From: an uncultured bacterium | GTDB taxonomy: Bacteria; Patescibacteriota; Gracilibacteria; UBA1369; PNNO01 | Length of the DNA stretch: 32,000 nt | Assembly (NCBI GenBank): GCA_963704705.1 | Contig: OY969931.1 | Span: 1,080,001-1,112,000 of the forward strand | Reading direction: 5' to 3' | Part shown: piece after piece, positions 16,955-27,202 of the stretch | How the letters are laid out: each line of letters begins with the position of its first letter | Numbering within the stretch: position 1 is the stretch's first letter | Program-made: the position numbers and the translations under genes | The notes under the pieces: model-generated | Seen by the model: the letters and a program-made list of their open reading frames with translations, nothing else | What the model was told of the DNA's origin: nothing | The model's database searches: none

Positions 16955-19745
16955 AAATATTTTTTGCAATTTTTTGAGCTGCAAGAATCATTCTTTTTCT
17001 GCCTTTTTTTATTTCAGTTATTCCCAAATAAATAAACCCGGCCATAAATGCAAATATCCAATCAATTAAAGTAAGCGGGCCTGTGTGAAGGAAATGTGAA
17101 ATATATGGATTATATGTGATATTCAACAGGAATATAAATGAAATTAAATACCCTATTAAAAGTCGTTTGTTTGACCATAAATAAGCGGTTGCGATGCTCT
17201 TATTTTCTGCTGTTCTGCGGGCTAAAATATTAAACCACTGAATAAGTACAATCGATAAATAAGTAATTGTTGTGGCTCTTAAATAAACAAGATCATTAGT
17301 CTGAACAGTTACAGGTGAAACACCTTCTCTAAAAAACACTAGTAAGAAATTGCCAAATGCTAAAGTCCCCATTATCAAACCGCTCCATGCAATATCTAAA
17401 AGATTTTTTTTGTTTAATATATGTTCATTTGGATTTCTTGGAGGCGACTTCATAAGCTCTTTATCAGGCGGATCCCAGGTTAAAAATGTTAATGGAAGCA
17501 TCTCGCCCACAAGATCGATAGCAAGAATCTGAACAGCAAGGATAGCCAGCGGATATCCGAGAAGGCCCGTTAATACAAGGCTCAGTAAAACCGCAAAAAG
17601 CTCGCCGCCATTTGAAGTAAGCGATGACATTATTGTTTTTGTAAGATTCCTAAAAATAGTTCTTCCTTCTTCAACTGCTATTACGAGTGTAGCAAAACTG
17701 TCATCAAGCAAAATTATTTCAGCTGAATTTTTTGCAACATCAGTACCGGTTCTGCCCATAGCAACACCTATGTCAGCTTTTTTCAAAGCCGGCGCATCAT
17801 TTACACCATCGCCCGTAACAGCAACTATTTCACCTGCTCGTTTTAAAAGCCCGACAATTCTAAGCTTATCTTCTGGTGAAGTGCGCGCGAAAATTAAATT
17901 GCTGTGAATCAAATTATGAATAAGTTCAATATCTGAAAATTTATGTAGCTCTTTACTTGTTATTACTGTTATTGCTTTATCTTTGGTCCCCTTACCCATG
18001 CCTATTTTCCTTGCTATTGCTTCAGCTGTAAGAGCGTAATCACCGGTAATTATAATAATCCTTATAAATGATTTAAGAGCCATATCAACAGCCTCCTGAA
18101 CTTCTTCACGCGGCGGATCAATCATTGAAATCAGACCAAGCCAGATAAGATTATTTTCTACTTCTTCAATTCCAATGTTTTCTTTGTAATCAAGTAACTC
18201 TTTATATGCGTAGCCAAGATTACGCATTGCAAGCATAGCGTTTTCATCATCCTTATGTTTAATAAGTTCTTTATCTTCATTTGTGATTGGTCGAATATTT
18301 TGGCCATCCCAAATATGTGTACATTTTTCAATAAGAGCCTGCGGAGAACCTTTAACGTAAGCGATATGTTTGCCATCTTTATTTCTTATTGAAGACATTA
18401 ATTTTCTACCGGCATCAAAAGTGAATTCAATTATTTCAGGATATTTTTCTTCAAGCTTTTGCTGATTCACTCCTGCTTTTGCAGCAAGAGTTATTAACGC
18501 TGCTTCAGTTGGGTCGCCTATCGCATACCAGTCCGGATGTTCTTTGTCAGGTTCGCTTATATGTGCATTTGAAGCAAAAACACCTGTTTCAAAAAACAAT
18601 CTAAAATTACTAATTTCCTCTTCTGACAAAGGAGTATTGTTCTCTTTCATTAACTGGCCTTCGGTTTTATATCCAATTCCCGTTACATTGATTTCCTTTC
18701 CACCAATAAACAGCTTTTGCACAGTCATTTCGTTTTTGGTGAGAGTGCCTGTTTTATCGGTACAGATAATATGAGTTGAACCTAAAGTTTCAACTGCTGA
18801 AAGCTTTTTAATTATTGCCTTTTCTTTTGCGAGTCTGCCTGCTGCCAGCGACAGAGCTATAGAAACCTGCGCTGGTAATCCTTCAGGAACACATGACGCG
18901 GCAACTCCCAAAGCAAACAAAAAGGCTTCACGTAGGGTAAAATGCAATACGAGCCCTACAACAAAAAGTATAATACCGATAGCAATCGTTACAAATGTAA
19001 GATTTTTTGCCAGATTGTTTAATTCTTTTTGAAGCGGAGAAAGATCATCTTCGGTTTGCTGACTTAAATTCGCAATTCTGCCAATTTCAGTATTCATACC
19101 TGTAGCAACAACAACTCCTTTTGCATTACCTGTTGCAACAGTGGTTCCCATAAAAGATATATTGTTTCTGTCTCCGAGCCCTACCTGAATTGAAATAGGA
19201 TGTGTAAATTTTTTAACTGGATTTGATTCACCGGTTAATGAAAAGTCATTTGTATAATAATTATGCTCCTCTATAAGACGTACATCTGCAGGAATTGCAT
19301 CCCCTTCTTCCAGTAAAAGAATATCTCCGGGAACAACATCTTCACCATTAATTTCCATCTCGTGGCCATCGCGCACTACTTTTGCTTTGCTTGAAACCAT
19401 TGTTTTAAGCGCGTCCATTGTTTTTTCAGCTTTATATTCCTGAGCAAATCCAATAACAGCATTAATAAACACTATGGAAAACATAATTACAGTATCCCTA
19501 TATTCATTTAAATATAATGAAATAAAACCGGCCACAATCAAAATTATCACCATTAAGTCTTTAAACTGATGGAGAATTTTAAAAAGCAAAGGTTCCTTAT
19601 GTTTAATTGTAAGTTTATTTTGCCCGTAAATATTAATGCGTTCCTTAAATTCAGAGTCGCTCAAACCTTTTACGTTTGTTTCAAGATTTTTCACAACTTC
19701 ATCAATCGTATACTGATAGTAATTTATTCTGTTTTTAACTGGCAT
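16953..19745 (-). CDS. cation-translocating P-type ATPase (Ca2+/PMCA-SERCA type)
   Basis: 930 aa; LPEGLPAQVSIALSLAAGRLAKEKAI, ICTDKTGTLTKNEMTV, VAVTGDGVNDAPALKKADIGVAMG, N-terminal cation ATPase domain (GLSDSEFKERINIYGQNKL). Confidence 0.95.
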   Translation of the reverse strand: MPVKNRINYYQYTIDEVVKNLETNVKGLSDSEFKERINIYGQNKLTIKHKEPLLFKILHQFKDLMVIILIVAGFISLYLNEYRDTVIMFSIVFINAVIGFAQEYKAEKTMDALKTMVSSKAKVVRDGHEMEINGEDVVPGDILLLEEGDAIPADVRLIEEHNYYTNDFSLTGESNPVKKFTHPISIQVGLGDRNNISFMGTTVATGNAKGVVVATGMNTEIGRIANLSQQTEDDLSPLQKELNNLAKNLTFVTIAIGIILFVVGLVLHFTLREAFLFALGVAASCVPEGLPAQVSIALSLAAGRLAKEKAIIKKLSAVETLGSTHIICTDKTGTLTKNEMTVQKLFIGGKEINVTGIGYKTEGQLMKENNTPLSEEEISNFRLFFETGVFASNAHISEPDKEHPDWYAIGDPTEAALITLAAKAGVNQQKLEEKYPEIIEFTFDAGRKLMSSIRNKDGKHIAYVKGSPQALIEKCTHIWDGQNIRPITNEDKELIKHKDDENAMLAMRNLGYAYKELLDYKENIGIEEVENNLIWLGLISMIDPPREEVQEAVDMALKSFIRIIIITGDYALTAEAIARKIGMGKGTKDKAITVITSKELHKFSDIELIHNLIHSNLIFARTSPEDKLRIVGLLKRAGEIVAVTGDGVNDAPALKKADIGVAMGRTGTDVAKNSAEIILLDDSFATLVIAVEEGRTIFRNLTKTIMSSLTSNGGELFAVLLSLVLTGLLGYPLAILAVQILAIDLVGEMLPLTFLTWDPPDKELMKSPPRNPNEHILNKKNLLDIAWSGLIMGTLAFGNFLLVFFREGVSPVTVQTNDLVYLRATTITYLSIVLIQWFNILARRTAENKSIATAYLWSNKRLLIGYLISFIFLLNITYNPYISHFLHTGPLTLIDWIFAFMAGFIYLGITEIKKGRKRMILAAQKIAKNI

Positions 19746-19791
19746 ATTTTTATTTTAAATATCTTGATATTTTACCATAAAAATCAAAATC

Positions 19792-19819
19792 TTGCCAATT
19801 TGGATTAGCACTGTATAAT
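19792..19819 (+). promoter_or_regulatory. promoter of hrcA operon
   Basis: TTGCCA (19792-19797) - N16 - TATAAT (19814-19819), overlapped by CIRCE-like element. Confidence 0.65.
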
Positions 19820-19831
19820 ACTTAGTGCTAA
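19805..19831 (+). promoter_or_regulatory. CIRCE-like operator upstream of hrcA
   Basis: TTAGCACTG-N9-TAGTGCTAA, near-match to TTAGCACTC-N9-GAGTGCTAA. Confidence 0.85.
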
Positions 19832-19847
19832 TTCTTACTGGAACCTT

Positions 19848-20558
19848 ATGGACAGAAAACAAAAAATTTTAAGCGCAATAGTTAAGCATTTTATTCAGAC
19901 TGCTGAGCCTGTTGGCAGTAAAACTATTTTAGTTAGTTACAGGTTTAATGTAAGTCCGGCAACAATAAGAAACGACATGGCTAATCTTGAAAAAGAAGGG
20001 CTAATTTATCAACCCCATACTTCTGCCGGCCGAATTCCAACTGACGAAGGTTACAGACTTTACGTTGATGAAATCGCGGACTATAAAGAAGCAAAAAAGA
20101 AAGCTCTTTTAAAATTAAATATGATTAGAGAAGAATATCAGGTTCAGAAAGTTAAGGAACAAATTTATGATGTTGTTAACTTGATTGCCCGAGCTAGTGA
20201 AAATGTAAGTTTTGCAACAACTCCTGATAATGACAGGACTTTTTACTTGGGAATTGCAAATGCTTTAAGGCAACCTGAATTCGCCAGTCAAAGCATTAAT
20301 GCGAGTCAGGTTATCGAGGTTTTGGAACGTGATGATTATTTCAGACGTCTTCTTGAAGAACTTGAAACCGATGATTCAATCAAAACTTTTATAGGAAAAG
20401 AAAATATTCTTGAACAAATCCAAAGTTGTAGTTTAATGGTTACAACTTATGAAAAAGACGGATTTAAAGGTTATATGGGAATTCTGGGACCCACCAGAAT
20501 GAACTATCCTTTTAATAAAGCGGTGTTGGAAGAGGTTAAAACTTTATTTAAAAAATAA
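19848..20558 (+). CDS. hrcA: heat-inducible transcription repressor HrcA (compact)
   Basis: N-terminal wHTH: [70 protein letters not shown]; C-terminal [23 protein letters not shown]; 236 aa; CIRCE elements nearby. Confidence 0.93.
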   Translation: MDRKQKILSAIVKHFIQTAEPVGSKTILVSYRFNVSPATIRNDMANLEKEGLIYQPHTSAGRIPTDEGYRLYVDEIADYKEAKKKALLKLNMIREEYQVQKVKEQIYDVVNLIARASENVSFATTPDNDRTFYLGIANALRQPEFASQSINASQVIEVLERDDYFRRLLEELETDDSIKTFIGKENILEQIQSCSLMVTTYEKDGFKGYMGILGPTRMNYPFNKAVLEEVKTLFKK

Positions 20559-20569
20559 CTTATTTAGAA

Positions 20570-21055
20570 ATGAATGATGACAAACAAAATCCTGAATTAC
20601 TAAAATTAACAACAGAACTGGAACAGGCAGAGGCAAAAATTGACGAATTAACAGATACTGCACAAAGAGCAATAGCAGAGCTTAAAAATTCCAAAAGACG
20701 TATGGAAGAAGAAAAAGACAGGTTTGCAAAATTCGCATGCGCAAATGTTTTTTTGGAAATCCTTCCTGTTTTTGACAGTTTTGAAAGAGCATCACAAAAC
20801 CTCCCTGAAGAACTTGTGGAAAATGAGTGGGTAAAAGGTATTAAATCGATTGTTAAACAATTCGAACAAATAATGGAAAGGTTCAATATCAAAAAAATGA
20901 AGACAATTGGAGAAAAATTCGATCCCAATCTTCATGAAGCAGTAGCAAGCGGCCCAGGTGAAAAAGATATAATAACTGAAGAATTTGAAGGCGGATATAT
21001 GATTGAAGATAGCGCTTTAAAACACGCAAAAGTTAAAGTCGGAGATGGAAGTTAA
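20570..21055 (+). CDS. grpE: nucleotide exchange factor GrpE
   Basis: Coiled-coil N-terminus, FAKFACANVFLEILPVFDSFERA..., GEKFDPNLHEAVASGPGEKDIITEEFEGGYMIEDSALKHAKVKVGDG; between hrcA and dnaK. Confidence 0.93.
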   Translation: MNDDKQNPELLKLTTELEQAEAKIDELTDTAQRAIAELKNSKRRMEEEKDRFAKFACANVFLEILPVFDSFERASQNLPEELVENEWVKGIKSIVKQFEQIMERFNIKKMKTIGEKFDPNLHEAVASGPGEKDIITEEFEGGYMIEDSALKHAKVKVGDGS

Positions 21056-21077
21056 AAAACTTCTTGACCTGAATAAT

Positions 21078-21104
21078 TTAGCACTCTATAATAGAGAGTG
21101 CTAA
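21078..21104 (+). promoter_or_regulatory. perfect CIRCE operator upstream of dnaK
   Basis: TTAGCACTC-N9-GAGTGCTAA, overlapping TATAAT (21087-21092) with TTGACC (21064-21069) upstream. Confidence 0.95.
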
Positions 21105-21136
21105 TCTCTAAAAATTTAAAATTAACCAAATTTAAA

Positions 21137-23059
21137 ATGAGTAAAATATTAGGAATCGATCTAGGTACAACAAACTGTTGTATGGCAATAATGGAGGGCG
21201 GAGAGCCTACTGTTATTTCAAACGCGGAAGGAAATCGCACTACACCTTCAATGGTTGCTGTTAAAGACGGAGAACGTCTCGTTGGGGTTGCAGCAAAAAG
21301 GCAATCCGTAACAAATGGTGAAAATACAATTTTTTCTGCTAAGCGTTTTATAGGGCACACATACGATGAAGCAAAAAAAGATATTGAAAGAATGCCTTTT
21401 AAATGTGCTAAAGGAAAATCAGGAGAAGTTGAAATGGTTCTTGACGGAAAACAAAGAAGACCAGCTGAAATCGCGGCAATGATTCTTCAGAAATTAAAAG
21501 CGGATGCTGAAAAATATACAGGAGAAACTATTACAAAAGCAGTAATCACTGTACCTGCCTACTTCAATGATTCTCAGCGTCAGGCAACAAAAGACGCAGG
21601 TAAAATCGCTGGACTTGAAGTTGAAAGAATCATAAATGAACCAACTGCTGCTGCACTTGCTTATGGAATGGATAAAAAAGGTGCTGATAAAAAAGTGGCT
21701 GTTTATGATTTGGGGGGAGGAACTTTTGATATCTCAATTCTTGAAATTGCTGATGTTGAAGGAGAAAAACAATTTGAAGTTTTAAGTACAAACGGAAACA
21801 CACAATTGGGTGGTGATGATTTTGACCAGAAGATTATTGACTGGCTTGTTGATGAATTTAAAAAAGATCAGGGCGTTGATTTAAGTAAAGATAAAATCGC
21901 ATTACAACGTCTTAAAGATGCAGCTGAAAAAGCTAAAATTGAGCTTTCATCTCAACACGAAACAGAAGTTAACATTCCGTTTATTACTTCTGATTCAAGT
22001 GGCCCAAAACACTTAAACTTAAAGTTAAGCCGCGCTAAAATGGAAGATTTGTTTGCTGATTTAATTGAAGCAACTACTGATCCATGCAGAAAAGCAATGG
22101 ACGATGCAAAAACTTATGCATCAGATATTGATGAAGTAATTTTGGTTGGTGGAATGACTCGTATGCCTGCTGTTCAGGAAAAAGTTAAAGAAATATTCGG
22201 TAAGGAACCTCATCAGGGGTTAAATCCGGATGAAGTTGTTGCACTTGGTGCAGCACTTCAGGGTGGAGTTTTACAGGGAGATGTAAAAGATATTCTGCTT
22301 CTTGATGTTACTCCGCTTACTCTTTCAATTGAAACTTTGGGTGGTGTTTCAACTCCAATGATTGAACGAAACACAACAATCCCAACAAGCAAATCTCAGG
22401 TTTATTCTACTGCTGCTGATAATCAAACTAGTGTTGAGGTTCATATTATGCAGGGTGAAAGACCTATGGCTGCTGACAATAAGTCTCTTGGAAGATTTAT
22501 TCTGGATGGTATTCCGCCAGCGCCAAGAGGTGTGCCCCAAATTGAAGTTACGTTTGATATTGATGCAAACGGAATTTTAAATGTTAAAGCTCTTGATAAG
22601 GCTACAAGTAAAGAACAACATATTACAATCAGCGGAAGCTCAAATATAAGTGATGATGAAATCGAAAAAATGAGAAAAGAAGCCGAGGCTCATGCTGAAG
22701 AAGACAAGAAAAAGAAAGAAGGAATCGAAGTAAGAAATAAAGCTGAATCATTGGTACTTCAAAGTGAAAAAACACTTAAAGATGCAGGTGATAAAGTTGG
22801 CGATGACATTAAAAAACCGGTTCAGGAAAAAATAGATGAACTTAAGAAAATTCTTGAAAATAAGGAAGCTTCAAACGATGAAATCCAGAAAGGCTACGAT
22901 GGTTTAAGTGAAGAAATTCAAAAGGTCGGAGCACAAATGTATCAACAGGCTGCTCCTCAGGAAGAAGACGGTGTGAAAGTAAAAGAAAATGTAAATGAAG
23001 AAGCACCAAAGGAAGAAGAAGCTGTTGAAGGCGAAGTTGTAGATGAAAAAAATGAATAA
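21137..23059 (+). CDS. dnaK: molecular chaperone DnaK
   Basis: [72 protein letters not shown]. Start at 21137 rather than 21098. Confidence 0.97.
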   Translation: MSKILGIDLGTTNCCMAIMEGGEPTVISNAEGNRTTPSMVAVKDGERLVGVAAKRQSVTNGENTIFSAKRFIGHTYDEAKKDIERMPFKCAKGKSGEVEMVLDGKQRRPAEIAAMILQKLKADAEKYTGETITKAVITVPAYFNDSQRQATKDAGKIAGLEVERIINEPTAAALAYGMDKKGADKKVAVYDLGGGTFDISILEIADVEGEKQFEVLSTNGNTQLGGDDFDQKIIDWLVDEFKKDQGVDLSKDKIALQRLKDAAEKAKIELSSQHETEVNIPFITSDSSGPKHLNLKLSRAKMEDLFADLIEATTDPCRKAMDDAKTYASDIDEVILVGGMTRMPAVQEKVKEIFGKEPHQGLNPDEVVALGAALQGGVLQGDVKDILLLDVTPLTLSIETLGGVSTPMIERNTTIPTSKSQVYSTAADNQTSVEVHIMQGERPMAADNKSLGRFILDGIPPAPRGVPQIEVTFDIDANGILNVKALDKATSKEQHITISGSSNISDDEIEKMRKEAEAHAEEDKKKKEGIEVRNKAESLVLQSEKTLKDAGDKVGDDIKKPVQEKIDELKKILENKEASNDEIQKGYDGLSEEIQKVGAQMYQQAAPQEEDGVKVKENVNEEAPKEEEAVEGEVVDEKNE

Positions 23060-23086
23060 TATTGTGCATTAAATTCAAATTCGCGT

Positions 23087-23114
23087 TTGACATAGTATCT
23101 AATTTTGATACAAT
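23087..23114 (+). promoter_or_regulatory. putative promoter of the 23149 ORF
   Basis: TTGACA (23087-23092) - N16 - TACAAT (23109-23114). Confidence 0.65.
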
Positions 23115-23148
23115 TTATTTTAGTGTGAAAACTTCTACTAAATAATTT

Positions 23149-23634
23149 ATGGAATTTGAAAGAATAGGACAAACTCGCATAAATCCTTCATTAAATGAAG
23201 AGGCGCTTCCAATTCTCTGTATGTCGTGGGAAGAATTTTGTCAAATTCCTTTTACAGAACTTAATCGAATTTTTTGTTTAAATTTTCCTGAAAATTCAAA
23301 TGGAGAATTTCATGAAATTTTATTTAAAGAACTAAAAAATGTGGTTATCAAAGATATGATGGATTTACCAATGGAACTTATTTTGAAAAGCGATGGATTG
23401 ATGATAAGAATTTGCAGCAAACATGCAGATCAATTTGATAAAGCTATCGAATTGGCTGAAAAATTGTTCTTACCAAAAGACAGAATCACCCATAGTCTCT
23501 GTCATGTATGTGCTATTGCAGAACGAAAAAGAGCCAGTGGAAAACTTGCAGAAAGAAAAAAAAGCACACGAGATGATATTGCATGTTTAAGCTTACCCAT
23601 AAGTGAAATTCCAGCAGTTGAAACGAAACATTAA
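23149..23634 (+). CDS. hypothetical protein (161 aa)
   Basis: Intact ORF with own promoter; contains CHVC; no family recognised. Confidence 0.6.
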   Translation: MEFERIGQTRINPSLNEEALPILCMSWEEFCQIPFTELNRIFCLNFPENSNGEFHEILFKELKNVVIKDMMDLPMELILKSDGLMIRICSKHADQFDKAIELAEKLFLPKDRITHSLCHVCAIAERKRASGKLAERKKSTRDDIACLSLPISEIPAVETKH

Positions 23635-23643
23635 AATAATTTT

Positions 23644-24123
23644 ATGCAACATTCAATTAAAGTTGGACTCAGCTTTGGACTTGCCTCGGGAGTAATAACA
23701 ACCATTGGTTTAATGGTTGGTTTAAATGCGGGGACTGCTTCAAAAATGGTTGTTTTGGGCGGAATTTTGACAATAGCAATCGCAGATTCAATGAGTGACG
23801 CAATGGGCATTCACATGTCGGAAGAATCGGAAAATGTGCACACAACAAAACAGATTTGGACCTCAACTATTACTACATTTTTAGCCAAATTAATAATTGC
23901 TTTAACTTTTGCTGTTCCGGTTTTACTATTCGAACTTCAAACAGCAATAGTAGTAAGCATTATTTGGGGACTTAGTTTGGTTATTGTTTCAACTTATTTT
24001 TCAGCAAAAAAACAAAAAACAGGAGCGCTCGGGCCAATTATAGAACATTTTATTGTCGTAATTTTAGTTATTCTGGCAACAAATTTTGTTGGCGGAGCAA
24101 TTGCCGGCCTCTTTTCATCATAA
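23644..24123 (+). CDS. VIT1/CCC1-like membrane transporter
   Basis: 159 aa; GLSFGLASGVITTIGLMVGL, ILTIAIADSMSDAMGIHMSEESE, C-terminal paired TM segments. Confidence 0.65.
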   Translation: MQHSIKVGLSFGLASGVITTIGLMVGLNAGTASKMVVLGGILTIAIADSMSDAMGIHMSEESENVHTTKQIWTSTITTFLAKLIIALTFAVPVLLFELQTAIVVSIIWGLSLVIVSTYFSAKKQKTGALGPIIEHFIVVILVILATNFVGGAIAGLFSS

Positions 24124-24436
24124 TCTCTCTAAATAAAATAATTCCCTGGTTTTTAATCGTATCTGCGATTTCAATTCGTCTAACAACATCAACTAAAATA
24201 AATTCCTCTGCGGTCTTTATATAAATTCTAAATGAATTTGAAGTTGTTTTAACAACCTGTACATTTAAATTAAGATCTTCGTTCCTAAAAGATAAATAAG
24301 AATCTTCGTCAATTATTTGTATATATCCCAAAGGCGCAAGAAAATCTGCAATTGTAATTTTCATCTCCGCATCAGAAATATTTTTAAAAAATTCTTCTGC
24401 TTCCAATGTAGCCGGATCTGCCGGTAAAAGTTCCAT
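24068..24436 (-). CDS. hypothetical protein (122 aa)
   Basis: Intact ORF filling the space between 23644 and 24485 genes; protein-like composition; overlaps the 3' end of the VIT1-like gene. Confidence 0.5.
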   Translation of the reverse strand: MELLPADPATLEAEEFFKNISDAEMKITIADFLAPLGYIQIIDEDSYLSFRNEDLNLNVQVVKTTSNSFRIYIKTAEEFILVDVVRRIEIADTIKNQGIILFREIMMKRGRQLLRQQNLLPE

Positions 24437-24484
24437 ATTATAAAATTAAATTTTGGAGACAATATTAATTCAATGTTAATATGA

Positions 24485-25531
24485 ATGCAAGTTATAATCC
24501 CAATCATAATGGCAAAAGTTCAAAATGCATTTAAATACACATTATTAGTTGTTTTTACTTTCTTATTTTTATTAATTATCTGGCCGTTTTTGCCTGCAAT
24601 CGTTTTTGCGGTTATTTTTGCAATTGTATTTACACCGATGTTTAATTTTTTAAGTAAAAAACCCAAGTGGAATAAAAGCTTGTCTGCAATCATTGTACTT
24701 TTATTAACAATGATTTTCATAATGACGCCAATCCTTTTATTAATGGGCCTTATAACCAAAGAAACCATTTATTTCGTACAGACATTTGATCAGCAGGGAT
24801 TTATTAATTTTATAATGAATCATTCTGTTATTGAAATCTTTAAATACAAACTGGATTTAACATTGTATGCATCCGGATTTGTTGACCTACTTAAAAATGC
24901 AGGACAAATAATGGGTCAAAACATTTTAGCGGTTGGTGGTAATATACTAAGAATGTTATTCTTATTTTTTGTTTTCTTGTTCACTTATTTTTTCTTTTTA
25001 AGAGACGGAAATATTTTAGTAAGAAAATGCCGCGAACTTTTACCCTTCACACATAAACAAAACAAAGAACTGTTTGAGAAATTTTATATTACTTCAAAAA
25101 CAGTTTTCATTGGATATTTAATAGCAGCCTTATTGTCCGGCATTGCAGCTTACGTTGCTTTTACATTATTCGGAATTCCGGGTGCTGTAATCTGGGGATT
25201 ATTAGCGGGATTATTATCATTGGTTCCTACGATAGGAACCATTGTAGTTTATTTGATTGGAACAATAATTGCTGGACTTACTTTTGGTATTTGGGGAGTT
25301 TTAGGATTCATTGTTTATTATATTGCGGTTGAAGCAATCGGACTTCAGGCTGTTATAAGGCCAAAAATGGTTGATGAAAAAATCTCAATGCATCCAATTC
25401 TGGTTTTCTTTTCCCTAATTGGAGGAATAACTACATTCGGAACAATAGGAATAATATACGGACCAATAATTATGGTGATGTTCGTAAGTATTTTTGATTT
25501 TATAGTTGGAACAAAGCATGCTATAAAATAA
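24485..25531 (+). CDS. AI-2E family transporter
   Basis: Polytopic; AYVAFTLFGIPGAVIWGLLAGLLSLVPTIGTIVVYLIG, MVDEKISMHPILVFFSLIGGITTFGTIGIIYGPIIMVMFVSIF. Confidence 0.88.
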   Translation: MQVIIPIIMAKVQNAFKYTLLVVFTFLFLLIIWPFLPAIVFAVIFAIVFTPMFNFLSKKPKWNKSLSAIIVLLLTMIFIMTPILLLMGLITKETIYFVQTFDQQGFINFIMNHSVIEIFKYKLDLTLYASGFVDLLKNAGQIMGQNILAVGGNILRMLFLFFVFLFTYFFFLRDGNILVRKCRELLPFTHKQNKELFEKFYITSKTVFIGYLIAALLSGIAAYVAFTLFGIPGAVIWGLLAGLLSLVPTIGTIVVYLIGTIIAGLTFGIWGVLGFIVYYIAVEAIGLQAVIRPKMVDEKISMHPILVFFSLIGGITTFGTIGIIYGPIIMVMFVSIFDFIVGTKHAIK

Positions 25532-25555
25532 TAGTTCTTTAATAATAATAAAAAA

Positions 25556-26830
25556 ATGCTCGACCTTAAATTTATTGCTGAAAATCCGGAGCTTGTTAAA
25601 GCTGGATGTCTCAAAAAACGAAAAGATATCGATATAGATAAAATTATCCAGCTAGATACTGAACGTCGCACACTTATTGCAGATGCTGATGCTCTTCGAA
25701 CACGTCAAAACGAAGTATCAAAAGAGATTCCTAAAAAATCCGACAAAGAAAAAGAGGCTTTATTTGCTGAGATGAAGGAGCTTAAAGATAACCTTAAAAT
25801 TAAAGAACAGGAACTCGAAGATTTGGTTGAGGTTTTGGACGAGCTTGTTATTAAAGTTCCTAATCCCCCATTCGATGAAGTGCCGGATGGCATGGATGAT
25901 CAGGATAATAAAATTGAGCGTACTTTTGGTGAGCCGCGAAAGTTTAAATTTGAGCCGCGTGATCATATAACCCTAGGTAAAGAGCTTGATATTTTGGATA
26001 TGGAAAAAGCAGCTGAGAGCTCTGGCGCACGTTTTTATTATGTTAAAAACGACCTTGTGATGCTTGAGTTTGCCTTGATTCAATATGCTCTAAGTAAAAT
26101 CACAGCTAAAGGTTTTAAGCCAATACTTCCACCTGCTTTGGTTCGTGAACACGCAATGGTGGGAACCGGTTTCTTCCCTGCTGATAAAAACGAAATTTAC
26201 AGCGTGAATCCTGAAGACGATAATTTATTTTTGATTGGAACATCAGAAGTGCCTTTATGCATGCTTCATTATGATGAGATTTTGGAAGCTGATAAATTAC
26301 CTTTAAGATATGTTGCTTTTTCACCTTGTTTCAGGCGCGAAGCAGGAAGCTACGGGAAAGATACAGCAGGAATAATTCGGGTTCATCAATTCGATAAAAT
26401 TGAAATGTTCAGTTTTTGTAATCCTGAAAATTCGCGTGAAGAACATGCGCTTATTGTTAGCCTTGAAGAAGAAATTGTTCAAGGTTTAGAAATCCCCTAT
26501 CAAGTGGTTAATGTTTGCGGAGGCGACCTTGGTGACCCTGCTGCAATCAAATACGACATAGAAGCATGGATTCCGACTCAGGGTAAATTCCGTGAAATAA
26601 CAAGCGCTTCAAACACAACAAATTACCAGGCGCGAAGGTCAAAAATCAGATTCAAAGATGCCAACGGCAATAAAGAATACATCCACACACTAAACGGTAC
26701 AGGAATTGCAATGCCAAGAATGTTCGTTGCAATACTCGAGAACTACCAAAATGAAGATGGCAGTGTGACTATACCTGAAGTTTTACGGCCTTATATGGGC
26801 GGAAAAGAGAAGATTGAGAAATCTAACTAA
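25556..26830 (+). CDS. serS: serine--tRNA ligase
   Basis: MLDLKFIAENPELVKAG, LIGTSEVPLCMLHYDEI, FRREAGSYGKDTAGIIRVHQFDKIEMF, REITSASNTTNYQARR, GTGIAMPRMFVAILENYQNEDGSVTIPEVLRPYMGG. Confidence 0.97.
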   Translation: MLDLKFIAENPELVKAGCLKKRKDIDIDKIIQLDTERRTLIADADALRTRQNEVSKEIPKKSDKEKEALFAEMKELKDNLKIKEQELEDLVEVLDELVIKVPNPPFDEVPDGMDDQDNKIERTFGEPRKFKFEPRDHITLGKELDILDMEKAAESSGARFYYVKNDLVMLEFALIQYALSKITAKGFKPILPPALVREHAMVGTGFFPADKNEIYSVNPEDDNLFLIGTSEVPLCMLHYDEILEADKLPLRYVAFSPCFRREAGSYGKDTAGIIRVHQFDKIEMFSFCNPENSREEHALIVSLEEEIVQGLEIPYQVVNVCGGDLGDPAAIKYDIEAWIPTQGKFREITSASNTTNYQARRSKIRFKDANGNKEYIHTLNGTGIAMPRMFVAILENYQNEDGSVTIPEVLRPYMGGKEKIEKSN

Positions 26831-26836
26831 TTTTAT

Positions 26837-27148
26837 ATGAAACGAACAATAAAAGGATTATTGATTGGGTTGCTAATTGGGGTGGCAACATTAGTTTTGA
26901 TAATAATTCCGGTTTTTGGTGTTTTTATTCTCGCATTACAAACTCCTGCTATTTATATTGCTGAATTTATTTCAATTCCTTACCAAATCATTGTTATTAT
27001 TATGGGTGGTTTAATAGGAGCACTATTGGGATATTTGAAAATTTACAAAACAATATTTATAATCGCAATTATAGGAGTAGTTGTTCTAATCGGATTTTCA
27101 TTTTTATACTTTGTAAAAGATTTCGCTGATACAATGTCGAATTTCTAA
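26837..27148 (+). CDS. hypothetical small membrane protein
   Basis: 103 aa, several hydrophobic segments, 6 bp downstream of serS. Confidence 0.55.
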   Translation: MKRTIKGLLIGLLIGVATLVLIIIPVFGVFILALQTPAIYIAEFISIPYQIIVIIMGGLIGALLGYLKIYKTIFIIAIIGVVVLIGFSFLYFVKDFADTMSNF

Positions 27149-27202
27149 ATCATAAAATCTTTTCCACGCAACTCCCGTAGCATTGCCAAAGCATGCTGTT
27201 TT

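Noticed and set aside
16738-16956. 72-aa ORF overlapping the 133-aa gene in another frame
   Set aside because: No SD or supported start; the 133-aa frame has the canonical SD and codon-like composition.
21052-21360. Minus-strand ORFs antisense to grpE/dnaK and similar ones in mraY, serS, gap
   Set aside because: Spurious antisense ORFs over strongly conserved coding genes.
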